A stretch of 64,000 nucleotides of DNA from Thalia democratica (GCA_965202585.1 CBDBBG010000090.1:1-64000), one strand, 5' to 3'; positions 1-13,901 are shown, numbered from the stretch's first letter. Translations and numbers: made by a program. The notes: a model not told the origin generated them from the letters alone.

Positions 1-10
1 ATTTTTTTAG

Positions 11-1403
11 ATGTACCAAATATGAAAAAACCTGAAATCGTGTATGCTTTTAAAATAAATAAGCTTCTCCAAAACGAACATACAGTGGTGAAGATAAGCA
101 AAATCATTTAGACAAATTAACAGTTAAAAATGTTGTCGAATTTTATAGTTTAGCTAAATGTTACAACCTAGCAACTATTTCTAAGTCATCCTTGCTTTTT
201 ATAGAACGTTGTTTTCCAATGGTTGTTGAAACTCAAAACTTTTTAAACTTAGACCTATGTCTTGTTACAAAAATTCTTGAAAGTTCTGAATTAAATAATC
301 AAACAGAAGTTGAAGTATTTAATGCAGTAATTACATGGTTGAAACACAACATTAAAGAACGTAGCAAATATGCAAAACAGTTGTTATTAAAAGTTCGTTT
401 TACATTGCTGTCAAAACCTGCATTAAAGTTTATTTAAAACTGTGATTCAATATTTAGTAAAAAAGCAGATTTTTTTTCAACTAATAAGGAAAGTTTGTTT
501 TAAAAAACTCAAGTCGCATTTATACAAATAGGTATTGTAGTCAACTTAATTTTAATATATTAGTTTGTGGTGGTTATGATGATGAGTCTAATACTAGAGT
601 TGCAAGTGCATAACAAATTTATGGAAGCAATTTAAACAAAATAAAAGCACTTTCCTTAATGAATGAAGAACGATCAAGTTTTGAAGCTGTTTGTATAAAA
701 GAAGAAGTTTACGTATTTGGTGGTCATGATAAACGTGGTACTGATATAATGTCTGTTGAAAAATATTCACCTTCTACTAATGAATGGACTGTAGTAGCTA
801 ATATGTTAGATGAACCCGAGTACTATTGTGTATGTGGATTTATTGAGAAAATTTATGTTTTTGGAGGAAGTTATCATAATGTTGATGATGATGATGACTA
901 TATAATGTTGAATTCATGTCTACAATTTCAAACAAAATACAAAAGTTAGAAAAAATCAGCTGGAATGAATGATGCTAGAGATTCAGCTGCTTGTACAATT
1001 TTTCAAGGAAAAATTTTAGTTTCAGGTGGTGAGAATAATTATGATAATATTATGAACACAGTAGATTCATATGATGTATTTTTTGATAAATGGACACCAA
1101 TGCCTCTTATGACATGTCCTCACTATTTCCACAGTTTAGTTACTATGAAAAAAAAATTATTTGTTATGGATGATGGAAAAAACAGTTGTGAAGTTTTTGA
1201 CAATGTTTGTTGCTCTCAAACTATCTTACGGTTATAGTAATTTTCACAGAGCTATTTCGATTGGAAACAAAGTCATAATTTTTTAAAATTTAATATCATC
1301 AGTAGTTTTTTATGGTGTTGATAAAGATGAATGGTCTGAAGAATCATGTGAAGTTACAAAATATCTTTATAAGTTTTCTTGTACAAAGTTACTTTGGTAT
1401 TAA
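11..1403 (+). pseudogene. BACK-Kelch protein pseudogene (3' exon; upstream exon outside window)
   Basis: Acceptor ttttttag at 1-10, then DVPNM.. collinear with the intact paralogue at 34660-36071 (NVVEFYSLAKCYNL, EVEVFNAVITWLK, VYVFGG, VEKYSP, ILVSGG). Frameshift near 109, in-frame TAA at 435-437 and TAG at 947-949, further shifts, terminal TAA 1401-1403. Confidence 0.9.
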
Positions 1404-3823
1404 TATTATAAACAAGAAGATATGCTCACTAAAAATAAAATTTAAAGATTTGATTTTAAATTTATATTTGTGCATTTTTAAAAATTAATAAATAAATCTA
1501 GCTTAAAGTTATATTTTTTGTTTTTTAACTAATAATATATTAAATATACTATTTTATCGTTGGTTTTTCTATGATTATCATTTTATCTAAAAGTTAAAAA
1601 TATAAATTTACAACATTATTAAATTTTATAAGCAGAACTTATAACTAATTAACAAAAAGATAAGTATTGTCGTTTTAAGAGTTTAAGCAGTGTAAATTAT
1701 TCCAATGTGATAGTTTAAAAAGATTTTTTGTTTTCAAACTTTACCAGCCTACTAAATGTTAGTGTGTTCATTTGCTTTAAACTTATAATATTATAAAGTA
1801 TCTTATATTTTTAACTTTTGTATGAATTCAACTATTAATTATATTTTGTTGTTAAAATAATAGCTTTTTACTATGAGTTTTATTTTGTTTGCTCCTTAAA
1901 AATAGATACCAGTTTTATTTTAAGTTTAGCCTAATGTCTTCTTGAAAGTACAATAAAAAATTACAGATTTTAACATTGAGAATAAATGAGATTTTTTTTG
2001 AATTAATCTAACTGCGTGAAACGATGTTTCGACAATAAGATTAAAAAAATTTAGTTAGTTTAATTTTATCATTTTTATTTAATACAAGTGATTTGACCTT
2101 TAAGTAAAATTTCAGCTATAATATTTATCTGAAGATTTTACTGACTAACATAGGGTTAGACGTTGACCGTTTAGCATATATTTAATCTAACTTTGATGCG
2201 GCTTATAAAGGTAAAAAAATTGACCGACGTGAAACATAATTTGTCCAACAAAAAAAAAACCTTTTAGCTTACACAAGATATTCTTGGTTTTTAAAATAGT
2301 ATTAAAGTCAAGCTCTGAAAGTCAATTAGCGGTAAACAAAATTTAGACTGGGATTATTTAGAATATATATTTCGGGATTAAAAATTTTAAAACTTCCACT
2401 AGATATTCACGCAGTCTAAATAGAGATATAAAATTGGCTACATTTTTTTTGTTACTCAAAATATACATTGGATGTCCTGCAGTTTTTAGTAAAATTATAA
2501 ACTAAAACCTCTATTGCGGTTCGCGTATATATCTTTAATGTTTTGTTGACAACTTTATGAATGCAGACCCCTTGATTAGGGCAACAAATTGTATGGTTAA
2601 TTTGTAAAACATTTAAAACTCTTTTGGTAACATTTTTTCTGTAAATTTGTTTATCAAACAAAAGTTACATTTTTTATAACTTTGAAAAAAAAGTAGACTT
2701 ACAAATTTATATATGTATATTGCATAGATAAAACTCCTTTTTAAGATTAACAATCAAAATCTCTAATAGAACACCTGCTTTTGAGATGAAGATAAATATA
2801 AAATAAAGTAAGTAAAATATGCAAAAGGCATTCTTTAGACACAAAAACCCTTGTAAAATTTGCATATTTTGAAAATATTGTAGTCACGTATGTTGCTATA
2901 TGATAAAAGTTAGATATAGTAATGACTTTTTACTTTGAAATCCTACAAAGAAACGTTCAAAATATTTTAAACTAAACGATTTAGTAAATTGTATACTATG
3001 AACAATAAACGAAAGAAAAATAAAACTTTTAGGGTGAGAAAAGGTTAAATAGGTTTAGATATGATCGGCTCCCATATTAATGACGTCTCATATCGTAAAC
3101 CTAACATAAATAATAAAAGTAAGCTCTTTTCTCTAATTACTTACCAAAGCCTTTAAGAAATCCTGATTTATATGGATATAAGACCTTTTTAATTAAACTA
3201 TTGAAAGTAACTATCGTTAATACCTAGAATTTAAATTTGTATAGAAAACAAAAAAAAAATGTTGTTAGTTAGTAGTTAAAATTTCCTTATTAACTGACTA
3301 AAAATAAGCTTAAAATAGGTTTGAAAACAGTTCTAATAACTACTTTTTGAATTATCTTTATAATTCAAACAATTGATCATCTAGGTAAAATTTCTAGAGT
3401 ATGAAATCAAAGAAAATTATCAATATTAAAATTCAATACTTTTGAGCATAAAAATAGTCATATATTTTCTTATTAACAACATTTTTACAAAATTATTTAA
3501 CTAAACCAATCCAATGAGTGACAACTTTGGTACACGTTATCAAATTGTTATTATACACATTTCTTAATTAGATTTAATTGAGAGATACGGTTACATGACA
3601 ATTTAAGTACTTAAAATGTTAAAGGATATAAGCAAATAAACACATAGTGTATGTTATTAAAAGTATGTCAGTGAAAAATCTTACAAATAGTTTTTAAAAA
3701 CGAAAATTACTGTTCAAAACATGGTTTAGCAACATTTCAAAAAAATTAGCTTAAATAAAAACAATTTGTAAGTTGTGGTCCTTAAAATTGTTTTAATTTG
3801 ATTAGTTGTGCATTTACTTATAA

Positions 3824-4210
3824 CAGGGTTGACACATGTTTTTTCCAGGTTTTCCAACTTTTTTCCAATTTTAAAAGTGCATATTTTTGGGTCTTTTTTT
3901 ACTTTGAAGTCAGAAACTGTTTTAAACAGTATAAAAACATTGAAAGATACTGTAAAACTACTTTAAATGTGTTTTTCAACAAAAAAAATTTTAATGATGC
4001 AAAAAAAAAACTATCTATATGGCAGAAATTTTTGTGTCAAATCAACATTTTACTACTTAACATGTAAATTTTTTTTCAATTCCTGACTTTTTAGTGATTT
4101 TCGTTCAAAATTCCAGGTTTTTTTCAAGATTTCTCAAATTCCAGGTTTTTCCAGATTCATATTTGCCTAAATTGTCATATTCAAGGTTTCAAGATAAATT
4201 GGCAACCCTG
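3824..4210. mobile_element. MITE with CAGGGTTG(A/C)CA TIRs, 6-bp TSD family
   Basis: Starts CAGGGTTGACA, ends TGGCAACCCTG; flanks ttataa/ttatag (5/6); TTCCAGG subterminal repeats; homologous to 6008-6421 and 63696-64000. Confidence 0.85.
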
Positions 4211-6007
4211 TTATAGAAAATTAAGTTTATTTAACCACTAGTTTTGTTTGTCGAAAAATACTTAAATCAAGACATTTTTGCATAGATTTTTAATTCTAGA
4301 TTATTCCAAGATAAAGTACCTCCTTAAAATCTACTTAATTTAAGCTATTAGGTACTTATAAATAATAATAAACAAGACTCAGGCGGGTAAACTGCACAAA
4401 AAAAAACATAAAAGTAAAGATAAATAAGTACGCATAAAGGCATAGAAATACAATAAAATTTTTTCAAACAACACATGAAAAGACACATATAAATATGACA
4501 AAAATGAAGAGAAAAAATTAAAAAAAAATCACTTTAAGGTATAAAACAACATTTGAACAAAAGAAAAAATATTATCATTAACTTTTTAAAGAGTATTAGG
4601 AAAAGGTAATATTAATGCATTAAATAAAAAACAGTTAAAGAGTAATTCAAATCTGCAATATTCTCAACCTTAGACAAAAACAAAAATAGCACTTACAATT
4701 AATAAAAATATGTAAAAATCAAGTTAAATTGCATAGTAACAATAAATAATGTCTGCTCAAACAAAATTTACATATTTAAAAATTGTAATTGTTATCTATT
4801 GAAAATGATACAGTTTGAAAACTATGTTGAATAATTTTTGGTAATTTTTTATTAACATTACAAAAAAAATATTATAACTCGACTACTTTATTTTAAGTAT
4901 TTAATTAAAATAGCTTCAGTTACCAAAGGTTGAAACAAGTATATTATTTTTTAAAATTAAGGTAATATCTAAATTATATATAAAATGTTTAATTTAAGCC
5001 GAAAAAATTTAAAATAATAAAGTTTATAAAATTGTACTAAATTTTATTATATTGTAGCATTATTACATTTATTCAAAAACTTCAGACATAAAATTTTATA
5101 AATTATTTGTTAATACTTTAATTAAGTTTTAATGATTTAATTATTAATTAAATTTATGTTTGATATACTATGCCTTTAAAATTTTTGTAATACATAGTGA
5201 TATTAAAATCTCAAAATTTTTGAAATATTTGTCTCAAAAAGAAATATTCAAGGAACAAATAAAATAAAAAATAGCGCAAAATCTTGTCTTTAAATTTTAA
5301 GCAAAATTTTAAATAGAAAAGTATTTACATTAGTTTTTAGTTTAACTTATAATAAAGAAAGCAAATAATTTACAACTTAACTTATTTATTTAAATAAGTA
5401 TTTATTTACGGCTATTTGTTATAAATAATTAACAAATTTATTGGGAAAAACTTTTGACTCATATTAGGTTAAAAAGATGTTTTTAAAAAATTTAAATATT
5501 TATCTTAAATAATAAAATATAAAAGTTTGTAAATATAAGAAACCATTTGTTTGCTACAAAACATGCATTTTCATCAACATGAATATATATGTCGTAAAAA
5601 GTTTTCATTTCAATAGATTTATAATCGTAGTCATATTACATACTTATACAAACAAAGTTTTAAAGCTATTTATTAGTATGACTAAATACAACTTTTGTTT
5701 GCATTTTATAAATGATTATAAATATTATCAACTCAGCTATTGGGCATTTAGAAAAAAAAAAGTTTAACGTTCATAGCAAGATCAAAAATTCAATAATTTC
5801 AAAAAATATTCAGCCATTTGTAATATACTTGTAAACCGAATCTTTTAGTAATTTTTCTAAACCTAATATAAAGTGATTTATTTGGTATTGTTTATACTCA
5901 TTTATAAAATGTAAATAAAAGTTATAATTTATCAAAGCATTAAAACAGTATATTACTGAACTTGGTTAAATCTTAGTGGTTTAACTAAATGTAAAAACCT
6001 ATGAATG

Positions 6008-6421
6008 CAGGGTTGTCACTTGTTATTTCAAAAATGTTTCTAGGTTTTTCAAAACAAGCATTTCTGGGTTTTATTTTAGTTTAAAAGTTAAATTAAAAGT
6101 ATGAAACTGTGTTAAATAGTATAAAAATATTGGAAATATACTGTAAAGTTACTTTAAATGTGTTTTTAATAAAAAATTTTTTGATGATGACAAAAAAAAA
6201 ATTATCTAGAGAATAGATTTTTTGTGTCAAATCAAAATTTTACTAACTAGCATGTAAAAATTATTGAAAATTCCAGATTTTTCCAGGTTTTATAGTGATT
6301 TTCGTTCAAAATTCCAGGTTTTTCCAGGTATTTTTCAAAATTTCTCAAATTTCAGGTTTTTTTTTGCCTAAATTGTCAAATTCCAGGTTTTTCCATGTTT
6401 CTAGGTAAAGTGGCAACCCTG
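6008..6421. mobile_element. MITE with CAGGGTTG TIRs, 6-bp TSD family
   Basis: CAGGGTTGTCAC...GTGGCAACCCTG; flanks tgaatg/ttaatg (5/6); internal sequence aligns by eye to 3824-4210. Confidence 0.85.
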
Positions 6422-8668
6422 TTAATGACTTAATTTAGTTAGTTAAAAATTAGTAGACACCTTGAATCAAGTAAATAGTTACTTATAGACACAAAACTTA
6501 AGTTTTTTATTTTATTAAATTAAATAATATAGATTTTTACTAAACTAAAAAAAATAAACTATAAAAAACAAATTTACTGGTAAGCATATACCTAAAGAAG
6601 TTACATAAAAATTTCTGTAGCACTTTTGGTTTAAATAAATTTAAATTTTAACTGGAAGAAAAAAAGTTCTATTTTATAAAGTCTCATAGTAAAATATTTA
6701 TTTGTTTATCGTGCAAATAGCAGTTTAATATTAAAATAATTTATTTAAACAAACATTCAAAACTTAGTTTTTTATTAGCTTGCAAAATTTAAATTATAAA
6801 CACCTTAACTTAAAGCTGAATCTGAGAATATCAAATAATATATATTTATAATTCAAAATGTACCAGCTAATAGAAACTAAGTTTAAGTCTCAATTATAAC
6901 CTCATATTAAATTATTTAAAAAAATAAAGAATAATATATATTTATTGACATATGATATTTAAAACTATTAACTTAAGTTGATTTTTATTTAAACAATAAT
7001 ATCAGAAACAACATTTTGTTCTAAACCAGTAAGTATATTACAAAATATTAGTACCTTGATAATTATATAACACAATATTGGATAATAAAATACTTTATAA
7101 ATGATAATAAAATGAATAATAAAGTAGTGATATAGTACATGACTAACAATTATACATATAACAAAATGCTTATACAGATTATGACTGATAATTAGATATA
7201 ATTTTTGCTCTGTTATTGAAAAACATCATAGCTTATAATTATACTTAAAGATTTTATATGATTATTTTACAATAAAAAAAAGAAAATTTTAAGACTGATC
7301 GTTATATAAATATATAGCATAATGTATAAAAAAAGTTTATTATTTATAGATAAAAGTATAATATTGAAATACTTTATTACTGGTACAATACATATAAAAA
7401 TGTTATAAATTTAAAGTTATTTCTGATAAAATATAGTGAACAAAAACTATTCCAAGTAAATTTTAAAACAAATAAATCTAATTTCTTAAATTAAACCAAC
7501 TTCATTGAGTTTAATATTGGCTTACATGAACAATTTTGCTACCAATTGTAAACATTTTATTTAATTGTAATTAAGAAAGTAATTTATACACAACTTATTT
7601 AAATTTTATACATACTTGAAGTTATTAACCTTTAACCAAAGAATAAGAAGCTAAAACTTTTCTAAAAAATAAATAAAATATACTTTTCAAACAAAGTTAC
7701 TATTATTGACGTAAAAAAAAGATATTAAAGTTACATTTAATAGTTATAAATATATTTATACGTTGTAAACTTTAACTTAAAAATCGAACACAAACTGATT
7801 GTAGAATTAAAACTTTTACACATTGTATTAGATAAAATAAATTAAAACAAATAGAAGTTTTCGTTTTTTTGTTTGAGCAGTCTATAGAATTAAAACTATA
7901 AATTTTATAAAATTTTATTATGCATAGCTTTTTGGTGTAAAAACTTAGCATTGTTTCAAATTTCTTACAATTCCACTCTCAAATGTACCTCCATCCATTG
8001 TTGATATGACCAATTATCTTAATTTTGCTCAATTGCTTTGGAGTATAGATTAGACAACGATGAGTTTCTGTTGCAGTATAAAAAATTATTATAATTTTTT
8101 TTTTCAACTATAAAAAAAATTTGTGGTTAAAATAAAACACCTTAAGCTATTAGGAAATAATTAAATCTTTCTCTTAAATTACTTATGTTTTGCATTAATA
8201 ACAAAGCTAACAGTTGATTTGGAATTATGCAGGAAAGTCACTTTTTAAATTTTATCTTACTTTTTTTTATTAAAGCCATAAGAGGAGTCTAATATTGACT
8301 TTTAATAAATGTTGCTTTTAAATAAAATCTACAACTATATACTTTAAGATACTTTTTAAAGAATTAAAACAAAAAAAAATTATCATTTTATTAATTTTGT
8401 AAAAAGTTTTTGATATAAACGTATAAAGAAAAGTTTTTCATTGCCCATTTTCTTAGAACTTGATTAATTTACATATAATCTATCTTCTCTTTCATTTTTA
8501 ATCAATAAATCTCAAACTTTTAGGAAATATACCTTGCAATAATCAGGGTTGCGACCTTTTTATGAGCAATTTCTTCTAGGTTTCTGAATATCTTTGTGGT
8601 TTTGAATGTACAAGTTTTTAGGTCTAGATATATTTTAATACTAAGCTTGAGGTAGAAAACTTTGTTAA

Positions 8669-8760
8669 GGGCATAGGGATGAGAGGGGGGTAAATCAAGT
8701 TTTCACATTTTAGTATTATTTAATTAAGTTTTTACTATGCTTCAAGTTGCTTTTTATAGA
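8669..8760. mobile_element. Left-end remnant of TTAA-flanked GGGCATAGGG palindromic MITE
   Basis: ttaa|GGGCATAGGG..GGGGTAAA followed by cttcaagttgcttttta, matching the left arm of the 13902-14468 family. Confidence 0.55.
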
Positions 8761-10911
8761 TGTAACAAAACAAAAATAATTTTTGGGTTATAAATATATC
8801 CAAACATTAAATAAATTTATTTAAATATTTACATTGTTTCAAATATCATAGGGTGTCTACCTCCGAATGTTTAAATGTTCAGACAGAGTAACATCTATGG
8901 CTTGATATTATATCTCACAAATATAATTTCTTAGATTGTTCCGCAGCCAAGATTCCCAATACAATGATGAGTTTTCTATTATAATATAATGAATATTTAT
9001 ATTCTATTTTCAACAGAACCTTAGCAAAAACCAAAACTTGTTTGTAAAACAAAATTTTGAAGGCTACAGGATTGATTAAATTGCTTTTTTTAAACTTAGT
9101 TTTACATTAATCACTAAGCTGTAAGTTGCTTCCAATGTTATTTTAATTTTAAAACAACTTTAATAAAAAAAGATCAAACTTTGATAATTTTGGAACAAAT
9201 AAATGAAGTTTTTCATTAAGAGCATAGCATTAAGAGCACTTTTTAAAATGTCATATCTTCACATTTATGTATTAGCTACTAGTCATTTTTATAACTTAAA
9301 GTAACTATTAAAATTTGAAGAGTTTAATAAGTTTTTTTTATGAAAAGGGGCATATTAAAATTGCAAAATAAAACTAACAAACTAAAATCTACTTTCTCAT
9401 ACAGTAGTTGAACAACATTTTTAAATTTAACTAGTTTTATTACTCATTAAATTGGGGCGGGTCAAATATTTATAAGACACTTTTAAACAAAGAGTCAAAT
9501 GAGCACAAAAGGTTACTTTTGGAGAAGAGTTGAAAAAAAAAACAAATAAAAATTTACAAAAAATTATAGACTAAGGGTAAAAGTGATTATGAAAAAAAAA
9601 ATCAATAACATGAAAAAAAATTGACCAATTGTACGGGTTAGGAGTAACAGTGACAGTTAAATGAGGAAAAAGAAAGTTTCTTACTAATGGTAATAGTGTT
9701 AATAAAAAAATAAAGAAAATAAATTTTAAACTTGAACAAAAGTGTCTTTGCACAAGAATTTCCCTTTGTGCATATTTGATACCTGCCCAAAAAAAGTACA
9801 AAAAACTTGAAGAAACCAAGTTTTAAATACAAGCTAAAAAAATTTTGGTCACTAATTTCTAAAGCTTAAAAAATTCATATCTTATCAAATATTCATAGTT
9901 TTAACAAAAAACTTTTTTTTCAAGTAGCTAAATTTATAGTAACTTTTGAAACATAAGCAATAAAGTTTCTAAAAATGTTTTTAAGAAGTCTTAAAACAAA
10001 ATAATTGTGACAAACAAAATTTAGTAACAAACTTTAAGTGTAATTTTAGACTTAAAAATGTTATTAAAATTTTATTTTTGATATAGAATTATAAAGATAT
10101 TGATAAACAAAAATTAGAGAAGTTTAAAAAAATAGGTTGTAACAATATTTATATGAAGTTATCATCACAGATTATGCTAACTTTAGCTTATATAATACTT
10201 GTATAATTTTTTTTTAAATATTGGTTTTTTAGTTGCTGATTAGTAAAATAAAATTATTTAAAATTTAGTTTACCAAATCTTACCAGCCGGCCATATGTTG
10301 TTCACAGCCTTATTCGATGAATACTTGATAGAATTTAAAATTACAAACGAGCTATTGTTTACCTATTTTAAGTAAGTTATTAGATAAATTATAATCAATC
10401 GTTTTACAGCTACCAGGTTGTAAATAAGTTGTCAAACAGAAACCTCTTGTGCCAAGTATTTTAAAATATGCTAGTTGTTATATTAAGAGTAAACTCTAGT
10501 AATTAATTATTATCCGGCCTGAGTTTACTTTTAAATAAATGAAAAATTTCGGAGTAACTTAAACAAACCTGCAAGGCTTGTAAATATTTATCTATTTATT
10601 GCTATGTTTTTAGAAGATGTTCTTGTAAACCTAAAGTTTTACATCTTTCTTATAGGTTTTAAAGTAACACAAAAGTATATTGGAAAAGTAGTTTAGCATT
10701 AATATTTTTGAACATTTCGAACTATTTAAACCAAGTTTGGTGACCAGAATATAAACATTTAAAAAAAAAACATTTTTTAGTTTTTTGGTCATATTAGTCA
10801 TACAAAAACAAAAAGTTCTTGTAAATTTTTTAAAGTTTAGCATTGAATAAATTCAAAAAAAAAAATAGACAAAATGATTTTAAACAGATTTTTATATTAT
10901 ATACCAATTAA

Positions 10912-11572
10912 GGCCAAAGGGGGTAAACCATGGTTTTTATAAGTTGATCTAATTCTATAGAGTTTTTACTAGGTTTCAAGTTGCTTTTTACCATTTTAAA
11001 AAGTTTAAATTATTTTTTGAGATATGACTGGTCAAAGTCGGGCCACATAACAGGTTCCTTATAAGATGGGAAAACAAAAACAACAAAAAAAAGTCTACTT
11101 CATTAAAATATATTTTGTTCTTTATTTTTAAGCAATTTTGCTCAAATTTTTAGGAAATGCTCCTTACATTACAAGAAAAAAAAAACGTTATGTAGGAATT
11201 TTTTTAGTTTTAAAAGATATAAAATTTATTAAAAAAATATTTTTTTAATTTTTGTCACAAAACTTTTATTTCTTAAAATTATTAAAATTCGCAAGTAACA
11301 TTTTTTCTTATAATGTAAGGAACATTTCCTAAAAATTTGAGCAAAATTGTTTAAAAATAAAGGAGAAGATACATTTTAAATGAAATAGATTTTTTTTGCC
11401 ATTTTTGTTTTTCCTTCCTATAAGGTACCTGTTATGCGGCCCGACTTTGACCTGTCATATTTTAAAAAAATGATTTGAATTTTTCAAAATGGTAAAAAGC
11501 AACTTGAAGCTTAGTAGAAACTCCTTAAAATAAGATCAAATTGTAAAAAACATGGTTTACCCCCCTATAGCC
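10912..11572. mobile_element. Palindromic (foldback) MITE with TTAA target duplication, Kolobok-like termini
   Basis: TTAA 10908-10911 and 11573-11576; about 290-bp arms are reverse complements (e.g. ggggtaaaccatg / catggtttacccc). TTAA plus GG termini fits Kolobok better than piggyBac (CCC termini); superfamily is inference. Confidence 0.8.
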
Positions 11573-12849
11573 TTAACTTACAGTGGATTTTATTTTTACT
11601 TTCACTATTACCCCTTTGGTCAGTAGTTTTTTAAACTTATTTTAAATAGTATTTTAATATTAACTCATTTTTATTCTTTTATCATATATTTGCTTATGGA
11701 CCTTTTGAGCAAAAATTACCCATTACGAATCTGATTTTTTGTGCAAAAGTGTCTTAGTAAATATTTGGTTGTCTTGCTTACAAAAAATTAAACTTTTAAA
11801 ATCTCTATGTAAGAACAAACAGTTTTTAAGAATACCCATTTCATTCCCTTAACTTGATCAACTTAATTTAGTGCTGAAATGAAAAACATCAAAAAAACTA
11901 ACCATTTGAAATGCTGATACAACAGGACTTTCAGGATTTGATGATATCTGTATGTGGTAATTGACATCTTTGTAAAGTGAGACTACAAAAGCTGCTACTT
12001 TTCAAGTTTCAAATAATATGCTGATTTGTGAGATCTGTAAAAATAATGTGTTTCTGTTAAGCAGTTTTTATTATAAAATTTGTTTTATTCAGCGATTATT
12101 GCTCAAACTTACGCCGTTTCCCCTATAAAGGTTCTTCAAAGTTTTTCAAGCAACAATAAAATAACACGAAGCACACAGATATATGTAGTAAAATAAGGTA
12201 GGCAGTTTTTATTATAAACTTAGTATAATTTCTTAAATTAAGAAAATTTCAAAATATTAGGTGAATTATTCTTTTGCATAAAAGTGTTATTTGAAAAAAA
12301 CAGTTATCTCAATATTTTGTAAAAAAATGCATAAAACGTTGAAAATAAAGCAAAAGTATTTTTAATTAAATATAGTGTTATTAATAGAGAACACAAACTG
12401 ATTAAAATTATTGGTTAACATATATATAAACTTTATAAACCATACTAATGCATAGTATTTTTTTATTCACTAAAGTAGTATGGCTCAATAATTTATTTAT
12501 TACTAAAAAAAAAAGGTTTTTCATTTACTGTTTTAGATGATTAAATTACATATCTATTTTCTATATTCAACAATTTTGCAAGTGAAACTTGATTTTATGA
12601 ACTCAAATTAAACTTGACCATAAGGTTATGTGGGGATTTTTTTACTTTAATGACTATATCTTTAACTTCAAAAGTTTTCAGAATTAATAAACTTGGTTAC
12701 CACTTATACTTTCATCTTAAATAAAAGCATTTGTTAACATTTGTAAAAAGTATTCTTATTCCCTCTATTCCCCTAACTTTTAAAAAGCAGTGGCCATTAT
12801 TGCAAAAACTCTTGAACTTTTGATTACATCACATTTTTTTCTACAATAG

Positions 12850-13464
12850 TAAAATGACTGCAATTATTTGGAAAACATCAAAAATGACCAAAAGCATACT
12901 AACATAAAATTTTAAAACAAGTGAATTATTTTTTAAGAAATTAATTGCATAGGTGGGGTAAATCACAGTTTTTTCCCTTGCAGACTTGCAATTTGGAAAA
13001 AATAGAAATAGCACTTGCTAATAAGAAACGAATTTTAAACAAAAGACAAGAGCTCTTCTACACCTGCCCGCACTTTAGGAAATTTTATTTTAAAACTTAG
13101 CGTATTAATTCTTTTATCACTTAATTCTATTTTTGTTATTACTTGTACCCTCATTTGTTAAGCGCCATTTTGTTTTGTGTTGTTATAAGCTAAATCCAAA
13201 TCTATATAGAACAAATCATCTATTGTAAGTATAAATCATATTCAAAATTTAAAAAGTCTTTTTCATTATTATAAAATTTTTAATTTTGTTAACTAATTAT
13301 CTAGTAATAGCACTATACATTTTTAATTTTTAACTTTAATTTGAATTCAATTATAATTTTTTGCATTATTGTATTTTCTTAAGTTGTCCATCGTCTTATG
13401 TTTATTTTATTTTACAGGCCTGAAGATCCCTTAGGGGAGAAACATTGTTGCCTTTGTAAATAAA
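12850..13464 (+). mobile_element. Degenerate 3' remnant of a Penelope-like retroelement (GIY-YIG C-terminus plus pLTR)
   Basis: Frameshifted translation C-R-L-C-NLEKIEIALANKKRILNKRQELFYTCPHFRKF (stop near 13099) matches the CxxC..EK..I..LNKRxEL..CxH tail of PLE GIY-YIG ORFs; followed by a hammerhead motif and AATAAA (13459-13464). Confidence 0.75.
13411..13460 (+). ncRNA. Minimal type-I hammerhead ribozyme (PLE-type)
   Basis: Stem I 5' UUUACAGGC (13411-19), core CUGAAGA (13420-26), stem II UCCC-UUAG-GGGA (13427-38), GAAA (13439-42), short stem III, triplet GUU (13447-49), stem I 3' GCC-UU-UGUAAA (13450-60). Confidence 0.8.
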
Positions 13465-13469
13465 TAAAT

Positions 13470-13794
13470 TTAAAAATTTATTTTTTTATAAATTTTTTTT
13501 TTGTTAATTTTTTCAAAATCCATTCCCACTGAATTTTTTAAATATATCAGAAACATTTCCTGAAAGTTTGAGGTCTATAGCTCAAAAAATGAAGAAGAAG
13601 ATAGATTTTAAGATATTTGCAGTTTTAGTTTGAGCCTCCCATAAGGTACCTGTTGCGGTCACCAACTTTGATCGCCTAAAACTCAAAATTTACTTTAAAA
13701 TTTAGAAATCTGTAAAAAGCAACTTGTAGCTTACATAAAACTCTTTAAAATAAAATCAAGTTGTGAAAAAGGTGTTTTACCCCCCCCTATGCCC
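13470..13794. mobile_element. Right half of TTAA-family palindromic MITE
   Basis: Ends ttttacccccccctatgccc; reverse-complement match to the left arm of 13902-14468. Confidence 0.75.
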
Positions 13795-13901
13795 TTAGAT
13801 TAAATGAAGATGATTAAGAGCTAATAAATATATGCTATTAGTTAACTTTTCAAGATTTAAGATCTACTTTGACAAGTTTCATGGAGTATTATATTTATTA
13901 A

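Noticed and set aside
1333-1352. CTGAAGA in the Kelch 3' coding region as a hammerhead core
   Set aside because: No stem II or GAAA follows; it encodes the conserved WSEESC peptide.
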